Shown here: positions 1-10,261 of the stretch, one piece after another
Layout: every line of letters starts with the position of its first letter
How positions within the stretch are numbered: position 1 is the stretch's first letter
DNA from: an uncultured virus (IMG/VR IMGVR_UViG_2049941000_000011)
Taxonomy: Duplodnaviria > Heunggongvirae > Uroviricota > Caudoviricetes
Length of the DNA: 64,000 nucleotides
Reading direction: 5' to 3' (one strand)
Virus record (IMG/VR): IMGVR_UViG_2049941000_000011
Made by a program: the position numbers and the translations under genes
The notes under the pieces: generated by a model
The model's input: the letters and a program-made list of their open reading frames with translations, nothing else
What the model was told of the DNA's origin: nothing
The model's database searches: none

Positions 1-174
1 TAAATTAGCCACTTGTTGTCGACTATACTCGACAGCCGTACTTGCCTGAATACCAAAAGTATGGATAGCAAACGCATTACCCATAAACTTTTGTGACAAA
101 TAAGGTTTCATAGCTTCAAATACTCTTTTATCTACACATGTATTTGCAGCTGAATCTAAATAAATATCTCTCAT
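1..174 (-). CDS. iscS: Cysteine desulfurase (IscS/NifS family), 5' end only, truncated by the window edge
   Basis: Manual translation MRDIYLDSAANTCVDKRVFEAMKPYLSQKFMGNAFAIHTFGIQASTAVEYSRQQVANL matches the IYLDxAAT...GNxxSxHxxG...VExxRxxVA N-terminus of class V PLP desulfurases; absent from ORF track. Confidence 0.85.
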   Translation of the reverse strand, partial: MRDIYLDSAANTCVDKRVFEAMKPYLSQKFMGNAFAIHTFGIQASTAVEYSRQQVANL

Positions 175-176
175 AA

Positions 177-508
177 TTACATCCCTAATACATCTTTTAA
201 ATGTCTACGACCTAAATCAGACATTCTATTAATAATAAAGTTTTTAATATGTTCAGGATTCATCTTTTTTCCATCAATTCTTAATGTAATAATATTTGAT
301 TTANNNNNNNNNNNNNNNNNNNNNNNNNNNNNNNNNNNNNNNNNNNNNNNNNNNNNTTGTGATCAGAAATTCTAAACATTAATGATGTTTTTCCACTATA
401 TAATTTAAAATAGTGAGAATTAGTAGATACTGAGTCCCTTTCTATTAAATCGTATCCTTTTCTTTTAACTTCTCGTTTGATAATTTCTAATACGTCTTTG
501 TATTGCAT
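177..508 (-). CDS. Hypothetical protein spanning an N gap
   Basis: Starts MQYKDV after an AAGGAG SD; after the gap a different frame reads SNIITLRIDG...KDVLGM-stop, ending just before iscS. Confidence 0.6.
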
Positions 509-531
509 AACATTCTCCTTTAGATACTAAT

Positions 532-560
532 ATTATGCTCGACTATTAAAAATAAATCAA
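532..560 (-). promoter_or_regulatory. sigmaA-type promoter
   Basis: TTGATT-17-CATAAT upstream of the 177..508 ORF. Confidence 0.55.
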
Positions 561-566
561 GTCTTT

Positions 567-1139
567 TTACACTTTATTTTTTTCTGTTTCCCATTGAGTA
601 TACCATTCTTTACCAAACGGAGCCCAACGATTGCGTAAACACATACGTTCTGCCTGTTTTTCAAATACTTCCATATTAATAGGCTTGTAATCATTTAATT
701 CTACATTAACATTGAAGAAATTTGGTAAATTAACAATATGATTTTTATGTAAATGCCCATGTACATTAATAACGTACTCTGAATTATATGCTTCTTCCAC
801 AGGAACGTGACTCAAAATAATATGAGTATTATAATAAATTGGATGGCGAACGACATCGATAAAGCCCATAGCTCTATATTCTCGATCGGTTAATTTATCA
901 TGATTGCCTACCAAGAGAATTTTTCTGCCGTTTAAGCGTTTAACTAGTTCAGATAGTGCCTTTTCTGGAGTAAATCCAATATCACCAAGAATATAAACTA
1001 GGTCATCTTTTCCAACGACAGAATTATATTGCTTAATAATATATTCGTTGTGCTCTTCTATCGTGGCAAAATTAGATCTACAGAATCCGAGAATGTTTGT
1101 GTGATTGAAGTGGAGGTCAGAACATACATATATTGGCAT
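567..1139 (-). CDS. Calcineurin-like metallophosphoesterase
   Basis: SDLHF, LGD, GNHD, SH and HGHLH motifs. Confidence 0.9.
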   Translation of the reverse strand: MPIYVCSDLHFNHTNILGFCRSNFATIEEHNEYIIKQYNSVVGKDDLVYILGDIGFTPEKALSELVKRLNGRKILLVGNHDKLTDREYRAMGFIDVVRHPIYYNTHIILSHVPVEEAYNSEYVINVHGHLHKNHIVNLPNFFNVNVELNDYKPINMEVFEKQAERMCLRNRWAPFGKEWYTQWETEKNKV

Positions 1140-1140
1140 A

Positions 1141-3537
1141 TTATTCTTCTCCCCCCACTGTAGCTTTCACATATTCATCCGCTAAATCTTTGTTTAGCCA
1201 TGTTTGTTTTTGTCTAATTGCACTAGTTCTAACAGCATGATTAACTGCTTTTGGTTGACAAACAAGAGCACAATATTTTTTAGCTCTAGTTAGTGCTGTA
1301 TAAAGCCATTCTCTGGATAATAAGACATATGCACCGTAATCTAATCCAATGATACAGTAAGGAGCTTGAGAGCCTTGTAATTTATGACAAGTAATTGCAT
1401 AAGCTAAGTTAATGTTCCACCAATCTTCTTTAGATACGATAACATCACCTTGTTCTTCAAAGTTAAGAACCATATAATCTTCTCCGATAGCTTTAATGTG
1501 GCCAATATTTCCATTAAAAATAGCTACTTCTCCGCCGCTAACGCTACGAACATGATAATTATTCTTATTGACAATAATACGGTCGCCAGTTTTGAATGTA
1601 ACAGGGAATTTTGCACCCTTTTCAACCATATCAATAGTCACTGCACTTGGGTCGCACTTGACGTTAACAATTTGTTGAATTTCTTTATTTAAAGCGTAAC
1701 AAGAATTAACACCGTTTGTTCTAACAGGAACAATAATTTGAATATCATCACTAGGAACTTTTTGTTCTATCATTAAGCGTTTATATTCGTCAATGATGCT
1801 TTGGTGAATAAGAGTAGAATCGAAATTAGTAATGATTTTAAAATCTTTTAATTCTCCTCTAACTTCTTCTCCTAAGAAATCATTCTTAACAATAGAAGTT
1901 CCTTCGCAAACATGAATAGATTGAGCAATAATACCAGACTTACGAGCTTGTCTATGAATAATAGAAAGCATACTAGTATGGATATATCCAGATTTAATAC
2001 AGTCGTTTAAGATATTACCAACTGCAAGAGGTGGAAGTTGTTTAACATCTCCCAACATAATTAATTTAGCACCTGTTTTAATTGCTAATAATAATGATAA
2101 GAAGAGTTCTTCTCCAACCATGGATGTTTCATCTAAGATAATAGCATCTGCACAAAGTTGATCACGTTCGTTTTTAGTAAATTGTTCAAGTTCTGCAGAA
2201 TATCCTAATAATCTATGAATTGTTTTGCCTGTTAATTTAGTAATTTCACTTAATAAGCTGGAAGCACGTCCAGAGAAAGCACATTGTTCGACTTTCATAC
2301 CATAGTGTTGGAAAATACGAATAAGAGGTTTTAAAGTAGATGATTTACCTGTACCAGCAGAACCAGTAAGAATAGAAACATTATCTTCTAAAATATTCCA
2401 CATCGCCTTCTTTTGTTCAGATGTGTATTCGTATCCTTGTTCAGTTTCAACATCGGCAATAATTTTTTCGCAAACAGCACGATCGAAGATTCTAGAAGGA
2501 ACGCTTCCTTGTAACCTAACTAATTGAGTGAGAATATCCTTTTCTAATCTTCTTAAATAGAATAAGCCAATTTTTTTATCATCTTTTGAATAGAAGAATA
2601 TTGGTGTTTCTAATTTCTTTTCACCCTTAGTATATTCTTCATAATATTTGTCGAATTCTGTTTGTCCCCATGTAACTTTTTTAATATATGTAGCAGCTGT
2701 AGTTTGATTAATTGGAGCACACATATTAACAACTTCTGCTAAGAAGACATTTACATCTACGCAAGAGTTGCCGTTAAGGTCAGCGTGTTCTTGTAAAAGG
2801 TGTTGCGCATAAGCTAATACTCTGAATTCGCAATCTGGAGCGAAACCACGAGCACGGGCCATTTTATCACATTTCTCCCATCCATAGCCTCTTACTAATC
2901 TAATTAATGAATAAGGATTTTCTTCAATAGTAGAAACAACAATATCGGCTGATCCTAATTGTTCAACAAGTTTATCAATAGCATACTTTGTAAGACCGAG
3001 GTCTTTTAAAGCAATGTAAGCCCTACCGTTGTTTTTATTGTCTTCGTATCTCATACACATACGAGTAGCTGTAACTTGACCGATGCCCTTAATACTAGTT
3101 AAAGCACCGATATTTTTAGACTCAAGAAGTTGAACAGGGTTAGAATCTAATTCAAATAATAAGTCAATTTGACGTTCTGTAAGGAAATAGCTGAAGAATT
3201 TACGTTGGTCGTCTGGAGATGTCATATCATAGTCTAAATGAATAGATAAACATTCATATTGTGGACCATAGCTGCCATCAATAATCAATTTACCAATGAA
3301 TAAATATTCTTCTCCTAAATCTAATTTTGGCATTTTACCTTTTGCCATTAGGTTTATTCTTCCCCAAATATCAGTTTTTTGTAATTCTACTGGAATTTCT
3401 CCTTCTATAACCTTAACAACATCCAAAACGACGATTGCGAAATCGCCGGAATGAACGTTGTGTCTTGGATAGCGATAATTGTGTAAAGTCACTTTTGCGA
3501 CCAATTGTGTTCCGTTAAGTTCTGCGGCAGTTTTCAT
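1141..3537 (-). CDS. recD2: RecD2-like SF1B helicase
   Basis: N-terminal YGPQY, HhH (IKGIG), Walker A GSAGTGKS, DETSM, GDVKQL, AYAITCHKLQGSQ, YTALTRAK. Confidence 0.92.
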   Translation of the reverse strand: MKTAAELNGTQLVAKVTLHNYRYPRHNVHSGDFAIVVLDVVKVIEGEIPVELQKTDIWGRINLMAKGKMPKLDLGEEYLFIGKLIIDGSYGPQYECLSIHLDYDMTSPDDQRKFFSYFLTERQIDLLFELDSNPVQLLESKNIGALTSIKGIGQVTATRMCMRYEDNKNNGRAYIALKDLGLTKYAIDKLVEQLGSADIVVSTIEENPYSLIRLVRGYGWEKCDKMARARGFAPDCEFRVLAYAQHLLQEHADLNGNSCVDVNVFLAEVVNMCAPINQTTAATYIKKVTWGQTEFDKYYEEYTKGEKKLETPIFFYSKDDKKIGLFYLRRLEKDILTQLVRLQGSVPSRIFDRAVCEKIIADVETEQGYEYTSEQKKAMWNILEDNVSILTGSAGTGKSSTLKPLIRIFQHYGMKVEQCAFSGRASSLLSEITKLTGKTIHRLLGYSAELEQFTKNERDQLCADAIILDETSMVGEELFLSLLLAIKTGAKLIMLGDVKQLPPLAVGNILNDCIKSGYIHTSMLSIIHRQARKSGIIAQSIHVCEGTSIVKNDFLGEEVRGELKDFKIITNFDSTLIHQSIIDEYKRLMIEQKVPSDDIQIIVPVRTNGVNSCYALNKEIQQIVNVKCDPSAVTIDMVEKGAKFPVTFKTGDRIIVNKNNYHVRSVSGGEVAIFNGNIGHIKAIGEDYMVLNFEEQGDVIVSKEDWWNINLAYAITCHKLQGSQAPYCIIGLDYGAYVLLSREWLYTALTRAKKYCALVCQPKAVNHAVRTSAIRQKQTWLNKDLADEYVKATVGGEE

Positions 3538-3576
3538 ACTTGCCCCTTTCCCAGGATTGTCCTGTTTTCTGTAAAT

Positions 3577-3605
3577 ATTATAATTGGAAATAGTTTATAA
3601 GTCAA
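3577..3605 (-). promoter_or_regulatory. sigmaA-type promoter for recD2
   Basis: TTGACT-17-TATAAT. Confidence 0.75.
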
Positions 3606-6600
3606 TTAATTTTTCTTACGAGAATATCTTACACTAAGACTTCCATCATCTCTTATAGATTCAATTAGTCCTATAGATCTTTTAAATCCACTACTATAAT
3701 CAGTTTTTACTGAGAACATATTTTCTTTTCTGTATCCGTAAACAATTAATTTTGTTCCCCTTTTGAAGAAAGATTCATCAATAACAACTTTTTTCTTGGT
3801 TGCAGGATCTAACTTACTAATTTTTTGGTTAAATTGAGTATATAAACCTGCATACATTTTAACATCTACGACACCATATTTTGTTAATAAACTAATAGTG
3901 TGACGAGTATTATCATAGTCTGTAACAGTACCTGCTAATGTGCAAAGTTTATATTTATTTTTACCGCCATCCTCTTCTGGATATTCAGGTAATTCATTGA
4001 AATTACGAGTATTATATGTAATATCATTCATATCGGCCAATTCGTGTCTACCGTGATAGAAGTTCATTGTTTCCATCTCCCAAGAAGATAAATCGCCTAT
4101 ACCGTAATATTTTTCTTTAAATTTATTTATAAAGTCTTGTTGAAGTAAATCTTGATATGCTTTTCTGCCTTCTAAAGTATTAATATNNNNNNNNNNNNNN
4201 NNNNNNNNNNNNNNNNNNNNNNNNNNNNNNNNNNNNNNNNNNNNNCAAATGCTGATTTTTTCATAAAGATTTTGTCACCAATATATCCATACTCTGATTT
4301 TTCAATTTTTAATTTTTGTTCAATGAAAGTACGGAAGAATTTTATACAAGCTTCATCATTGAAAACATAGCGTCTATTTGCTGCATCGAAACGATTTTTA
4401 TCAATATATCTTTTATATTTAAATAATCTAATCTCTGTATCAAATCCTTGTAAAGATAATCCGAGTTCTAAAGCTTTTTTTAGTTGAACAGAAGTTAATT
4501 TATCTTTTAATGGACATTCTTCTTCTGCTAATTTTTGGACATATCTTAACATAATGACATCACGCTTTTTATTTTCTAATTTATCGAAACATCCTGCTTT
4601 AATAAGTCCGACCATTTGTGCTTGTGTTGGTTGAATTCTTTCTTCAAAGTCAGTAATAGAAGTGTAAGGTCTACCAGCAATAATGCGTTCTGCTAATTCT
4701 GTGTTGACAACATTAATAGCAGACAAACTATATAGAATACTGTTGTTTTCAATATCAGGAGAGAAATCAATTTGAGAAGTATTAATATCTGGTAATTCAA
4801 TATTAACTCCTGATAATTGAGCATCAGAGATAGCCTTTGCAATTTTGCCATACTTAGGAGCAGATCTTTTTGCTGTTGTAGCTGTCTCTTCTTCATTTGA
4901 AGCTTCTTCTACTGTTTCAGCATCTTCTTCTTCGTCTTCTAAATCAAAATCTGTATCAGAATTGCCTGCATTAATGCATAAACAAGCGCATTGCCAATAA
5001 AGAGGATTCCAGCGTGTAGCTAGATTCATTTCTTGAACAGCAATAACAGAATAAGGAAGAGTGTGATTGAGAGAGAAAGCATAGCCCAATTGAGGTTCAA
5101 CACAATATTTCCAGACATAATTTAAGAATACATCTCGTGTTCCCAAGTCATGACCCTTTTTAAAATATTTTTCCTTATTTTCTTGAATTTTAGCAGCAAT
5201 TTTTTTAGAAATAGCTTTTCTAAATCCATTAGCTTCTCCCAATGTAAAGTTAGAGATTTTAGGATCCATAACTAATAACATTAATTTTTCTTGTGAACCA
5301 GAAATACCAAAGCTTTCTTTTAAATATTTTTCAAGAACTTGGATTTCTTCACNNNNNNNNNNTTCAAGCCGATTTCTATCATTTCTAAATACCACAAGTT
5401 GATATCATTTCTAAATTTAACGTATCTATCGATAGGTTGTTCATCGCCTTCAACTTGTAATCTCATAATAGAGTTAATTTCAGCTAATTGCATAACATTT
5501 TCTGGTTTTGCTTTTTNNNNNNNNNNATGCAGACAGAACCAACTTGTGTCTCAAACTGGAACAAATTAGCAATTTCTCCAGAAGCTGCTTTTTCCCACAT
5601 TTTAGGATTTGTATAATCTAATACGTCTGGGTGTAAATATTTATCATATGTTTTTCTTAAAGATCCTTGCCATTCAATTTGTTTATTTTTAATTAATAAG
5701 TCTAAACATTTTGCCATTTTAGATTGAGCATCAGTTCTTAAGACATCCATTTTTAATGCGCCCTGATCATCGGAATCATGCATATTAAATGCAGTCATTT
5801 TTGTTCCATTCGGAGCTCTCATTAAACTATTGTGTTCTAAATATCCATTGTTGAAGATATATAATGCAGATGCGTGAATACTAGAGTTAGTAGGCATGCC
5901 TTCGATCTTTCTAACAGCTTCTAATAACCCAGGATATGGATCAAACTTGTCTAAAAATCCTGGAACAGGATCTAAATCCTTCTCTTCATCTCCATTAACA
6001 CATTGTTCTAAATTATATGTAATACCTCTATGAGCAGGAACTAAAGCTGCTAGGGCTTGCATTTCATCATTATTATATCCTAAACCTCTACCACAAGTTA
6101 AGATGGCAGATTTTAAAGATTCTGTTTTAAATGTTGCACAGTTTAAGACGTTATCATCTCCATAAGCATCACGGAAGATCTGGATGATATCTGGTGTTTT
6201 TTCTGGTTGATAATCTGAGTCAATATCTGGCATTTCAACTCTCTCTTTATTAAGGAATCTCCAATAAGGTAATCCATAAACGAGAGGGTCACATTGTGTA
6301 ATACCAATAAGATAATTAATATAGAAACCACAAGCAGATCCACGGCCACATCCGACTAAGCTCACTTGCCAAGCAAGATTAATCATATCAACAGCTAAAT
6401 TAAGATAAGCACTGACATCTTGTTGTAATCTATTTGAAATAAACGCAACAACGTCTAATTCAGTTCTAACAGGAACAATAATTTGNNNNNNNNNNACAAC
6501 GTCTAATTCATCATTAATTCTTTGAAGCTTGACATCATCAATAGTAACATTCTTACTAATAAGACCATTTTCAATTTGATACATCAAGAATTGGTCTTGT

Positions 6601-7604
6601 TCAGATGAGCTGTAAGCATATTGCTTAATCATTGGATATTTATCATAAGCATCTTTTAATAAATGCTTTAATTCAAACTTTGGAAGATGTAAAGCTGGAA
6701 CGATAGTAGAGTGTCTAAAATCATAATCAACAATTTGATTACTAATTTTAACTGTATTATCGAGACCTTCTTTAATTTCTTCTTCGGATAAGCCTTGCTT
6801 TAATAGAATGTCTTTCATTTCATCTTCAGACATAATATAAGTGAAACGATAGAATTTATCTGTCTCGCGATCGCTAGATTGTTTACTATTTAAGAAAGCA
6901 CTGTGGATTTTAAAGTCTTCTTTATTTAAATAGTGACTGTCTGTTGTAATAATATAAGGAATATTATAATGTTTTGCAAATTTAATTAAAGTTTTGTTTA
7001 CAGTGATTTGTTCTTCTGAATCTGAAGGTTGTAATTCAAATGCAAAATTATCTCTACCAAAAGTAGATATACACCATTTAGTAAAGTTATTTGCTCCTGT
7101 AACATCATGAGCTAAGATTTTAACAGGTAATTCTCCTCCTAAACAAGCGGTGGAGGCAAAGATGTGTCCTTGATTTGGTTTAATAATTTCTTCAATATCT
7201 TTATAAGTTGTTGGAACTCTCATGATACCTCTTTCAACGTATCCTCTACTCCAAGCTCTACTAGATAATGTTTTGAGTTGTTGCCATCCCTCTTCATCCT
7301 TGGCTAATAAAATAAAGTGATAATATTGTGTTTTCTTTTCAGGATTGGAAACGTGAACATTAACATCATCAATCAAATAAATTTCATTTCCAAAAATAAT
7401 TTTGAAGTCTGGATGTTTTTCTTTGATTTTATCTCTAATTTTTAATAAACTTACTGCCACTGATAAACTCTCATGGTCGGTAAATGCAATACCAGAGAAG
7501 CCAAGGTCAATGGCCTTTTTTACCATCTCTTCAGGTTTATTTATAGAATCTAACATTCTTAAATTAGACCCTGCGGTGTGATTATGTAAAGAAGCAAAAC
7601 CCAT
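3606..7604 (-). CDS. dnaE: DNA polymerase III alpha subunit (family C); one gene fragmented by N gaps
   Basis: PHP domain (LHNHT, TDHES, TDSHY), GRGSACG, PDIDSD, SIHASA, KMDVL, YAFSLNH, C-terminal OB fold; inter-gap stretches 5363-5515 and 4077-4171 also translate as DnaE. Confidence 0.93.
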
Positions 7605-7607
7605 AAA

Positions 7608-8351
7608 TTATATCCCCTTTCTAATATTTTTTTTATAGTGATGCAAATGCGTCCAGATAAGGCATCTGTTAATTAAATTAACAGTATTATATGTTACACC
7701 GAACACATGAGCAATTTGCGTCTGAGTTAAACGAGTTTGAAGCAAGGCATCAATAACACCTTTTGCCGTCTCGTCTGTTAATTTAGCACTTGGATTGTTC
7801 TCGCCAAGTCTGTGGGGCCCTTCTATAATTCTACCATCTGCACGAATAGGATAATTTTCATTTATATCAACATAGCTTTTCCCATAATTAATACGAATAA
7901 GAATCGCTCGGTTGTTCTTTGTGGGGGTCATTCCAATCATGGAAAGAATATCATTATAAGATAAATCAATATTTTTTAATAGAGAACGTACGATTTTTGC
8001 TTGATCATTAGATAGATGCGCCCCGTAAGCCAACTCTCCTTTTTTATGATCGTTACACTCCCCTCCATAGGTCATATTGTAACCTTCACCATCCAGATAA
8101 TAAGTGTGATATTTTTTAATATAATCTCGTTCTTTCTGCTGAGCTTCTTCTTTTTTTAGATTTCTCTCTAAAACTTCAGTTTGAAAATTTTCTACTCCAT
8201 ATTTGCGTATTGCTTTATGAAAGAGAAAGGCGTCATTATTAGAATAAGCAGAATTAATATGTTCTTTCCATCTATGCTCAAAAGTATGTTGGGTAATACC
8301 AACATACTGTTTTTGATTTATCAAGTTCGTAATTTTATAGACGATAAACAT
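7608..8351 (-). CDS. Free-standing GIY-YIG homing endonuclease with repeated C-terminal DNA-binding units
   Basis: IVYKITNLINQKQYVGIT...RWKEH...E...GYNMTYGG; two GE..(S)AxL units followed by HTH-like segments. Confidence 0.88.
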   Translation of the reverse strand: MFIVYKITNLINQKQYVGITQHTFEHRWKEHINSAYSNNDAFLFHKAIRKYGVENFQTEVLERNLKKEEAQQKERDYIKKYHTYYLDGEGYNMTYGGECNDHKKGELAYGAHLSNDQAKIVRSLLKNIDLSYNDILSMIGMTPTKNNRAILIRINYGKSYVDINENYPIRADGRIIEGPHRLGENNPSAKLTDETAKGVIDALLQTRLTQTQIAHVFGVTYNTVNLINRCLIWTHLHHYKKNIRKGI

Positions 8352-8374
8352 ATTTTTTCCTTTCTGTATATATT

Positions 8375-8403
8375 ATTATATACGGAATGTTTTAATAAAT
8401 CAA
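8375..8403 (-). promoter_or_regulatory. sigmaA-type promoter for GIY-YIG/dnaE
   Basis: TTGATT-17-TATAAT. Confidence 0.7.
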
Positions 8404-8795
8404 GATTTGTTTTTTTGTTCTAATACTGTTTCTGCATCACATACGCCTAATGCACCCACCATAACAGCTTTTGCATAGGCACAGACATGAGCAACATCCA
8501 TGTGAGGATAATAGTCACTATCGTAAGTTAACTCTTGATTTAAATCGTCCCAACCGAGAGAAATAGATATTTTATCAGGTAGATCTTTGTCTACTGCCCA
8601 GTATCTACAAATACTTAATTCTATTAAGCAATTCTCTGTGGCAATATCAATTTCTTGTATAAAGTAACTTTTGTCTTCTTTATAATAAACATTTTGAATT
8701 ACAGATGAATCGCCTACTAAATCTTGAAACCTTGGCTTAACCGCACCAAGAATTTCTTTTTCTTCTTTATGTAAAGTATTAATATCAGGAACCAT
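8400..8795 (-). CDS. Hypothetical protein
   Basis: Start overlaps the upstream stop (TAATG coupling), SD present. Confidence 0.7.
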   Translation of the reverse strand: MVPDINTLHKEEKEILGAVKPRFQDLVGDSSVIQNVYYKEDKSYFIQEIDIATENCLIELSICRYWAVDKDLPDKISISLGWDDLNQELTYDSDYYPHMDVAHVCAYAKAVMVGALGVCDAETVLEQKNKS

Positions 8796-9331
8796 TAATT
8801 TTCTCCTTTTAATTTCTTTTCAATAACAGCGACAACTTCGTTATATCCGTGGACATCTCCTGTTGCTTCCATAAAAGCACCTGGGGCAGCTTCAGAAGAA
8901 ACAAGCTGATGAATTTGAACGTCTAATGCTTTAGCTTCTGTCTCTGTTTGAAAACGTCCATTTGGATTATATTCTTTAACTCTGTGAAGGAATACATCTA
9001 AATTATTGAATTTTTTAGATTCATAAATGATGGCTGCTTGTAAAGGTTCATCATCTTGTGCATATATTGCACCCATTAAGACAGGAGAATCTGTAATAAC
9101 TACGTCTACTTCTCCGATACATCTACTAATTTTGAACAATTGTTTACCTGTGACGTACATTTGGCATTGAAAGACTTTACCACTTCTTTCCCATACTTTA
9201 TCTTTTGCAAATTCTGATACATATTCAACATCGAAGCCGTCCATCTTTAATTTAGAAAAGATGTAAGTAGCTCCTGTAGATTTGCCTGTACCAGGTCCGC
9301 CAAATAAATTAACAACTAATGTTTTTTTCAT
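8795..9331 (-). CDS. P-loop NTPase / nucleotide kinase-like protein (AAA_28/NadR-like)
   Basis: VVNLFGGPGTGKST Walker A, EYVSEFAK, ITDSP. Confidence 0.75.
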   Translation of the reverse strand: MKKTLVVNLFGGPGTGKSTGATYIFSKLKMDGFDVEYVSEFAKDKVWERSGKVFQCQMYVTGKQLFKISRCIGEVDVVITDSPVLMGAIYAQDDEPLQAAIIYESKKFNNLDVFLHRVKEYNPNGRFQTETEAKALDVQIHQLVSSEAAPGAFMEATGDVHGYNEVVAVIEKKLKGEN

Positions 9332-9353
9332 AATTTCTCCTTATTTTAAAAAA

Positions 9354-9429
9354 TGGTAGATCGTGAGGGATTTGAACCCCCGACCAAACGGTTATGGGCC
9401 GTCTACTCTAACCGCTGAGTTAACGATCT
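9354..9429 (-). tRNA. tRNA with CAT anticodon, most like Ile2 (lysidine type)
   Basis: Cloverleaf AGATCGT/ACGATCT-A-CCA; anticodon arm GACGG-CCCATAA-CCGTT resembles Firmicutes tRNA-Ile2; T-loop TTCAAAT. Confidence 0.88.
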
Positions 9430-9440
9430 ATCATAATAAG

Positions 9441-9525
9441 TGGTGACGGTGGAGGGACTTGAACCCACACATCCGAAGATATATGCTTCTAAGGCATACA
9501 TGACTACCAGTTTCATCACACCGCC
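9441..9525 (-). tRNA. tRNA-Leu(TAG)
   Basis: GGCGGTG/CACCGTC-A-CCA, anticodon arm TATGC-CTTAGAA-GCATA, long variable arm with TTCG loop. Confidence 0.92.
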
Positions 9526-9537
9526 GGAATAAGAACA

Positions 9538-9717
9538 TTAGTTCTTATTTTGTGCTTGCTTAGCAGCTTCCATTAACACTTCTTCATTAAGTCTGTTGGC
9601 ATAATCTTGAGCAGCCTTCGTTAATAAAATGTTATAAGCTCTAACCAATTCTTCATACTTAGCTTTAGGAACTGTTTCCTCTGCTTTTGTTTCTGTAACT
9701 TTTGTTTCTTCTACCAT
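9538..9717 (-). CDS. Small helical hypothetical protein (59 aa, not in ORF track)
   Basis: AAGGAG SD then MVEETKVTETKAEE...AAKQAQNKN-stop. Confidence 0.7.
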   Translation of the reverse strand: MVEETKVTETKAEETVPKAKYEELVRAYNILLTKAAQDYANRLNEEVLMEAAKQAQNKN

Positions 9718-9764
9718 AAATACTCCTTAATATTTTATCGAATAAAATCTCTCTTTTATTCGTA

Positions 9765-10190
9765 TTAACCAAAATAGAAATCTAAAGCGGCCATGCCTGC
9801 GTCTTTATTATATTTATATCCTTCAAGTTCATCAATTAAATAGAAGGTTTGGCTGAAGATCAAGAGTGACCAGTCAGTCCATTTAATCCTATTTTTTTCA
9901 GGGATATCTTCTTGTTTTCTATAATCAAAGGTGCTCACCAATCTATTACGAATATGATTGATATATTCTTTAATTTGTTGGAAAGTACAGAAAATAGGAA
10001 GTTCATTTAATCCTGTCTCTTCACGAGGGAGATATTTATATTTATCAAGAGGATATTTCTTCAATCCATATTCATCATATCTACTCATAGTATTATAATA
10101 AAGTTTTCCTGCAGCAAAATCTTCCCAAGTCTTTTCATCACACATAACAACAGAGTGAGTAGAACTTGAATTAGTCTCAAATACATTTTT
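9765..10190 (-). CDS. Phage protein with N-terminal VFETNSSSTHS motif; true start lost at adapter/gap
   Basis: Frame continues upstream of the annotated Met as KNVFETNSSSTHSVVMCDEK until the adapter. Confidence 0.7.
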   Translation of the reverse strand, partial: KNVFETNSSSTHSVVMCDEKTWEDFAAGKLYYNTMSRYDEYGLKKYPLDKYKYLPREETGLNELPIFCTFQQIKEYINHIRNRLVSTFDYRKQEDIPEKNRIKWTDWSLLIFSQTFYLIDELEGYKYNKDAGMAALDFYFG

Positions 10191-10191
10191 T

Positions 10192-10233
10192 AGATCGGAA
10201 GAGCGGTTCAGCAGGAATGCCGAGACCGATATC
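10192..10233 (+). other. Illumina paired-end adapter contamination
   Basis: AGATCGGAAGAGCGGTTCAGCAGGAATGCCGAGACCGAT directly next to an N gap. Confidence 0.97.
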
Positions 10234-10261
10234 NNNNNNNNNNATAATATGGATAATGCAA

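Noticed and set aside
6448..6510. RecD2 peptide QIIVPVRT inside DnaE, with duplicated ELDV
   Set aside because: 6463-6485 is an exact copy of 1718-1740 against a gap, and the flanks overlap; chimeric contig end
3606..7604. Split dnaE suggesting an intein, intron or programmed frameshift
   Set aside because: Every frame break coincides with an N gap, and the inter-gap sequence translates as continuous DnaE
10192..10233. GC-rich insert interrupting an ORF
   Set aside because: Illumina adapter sequence
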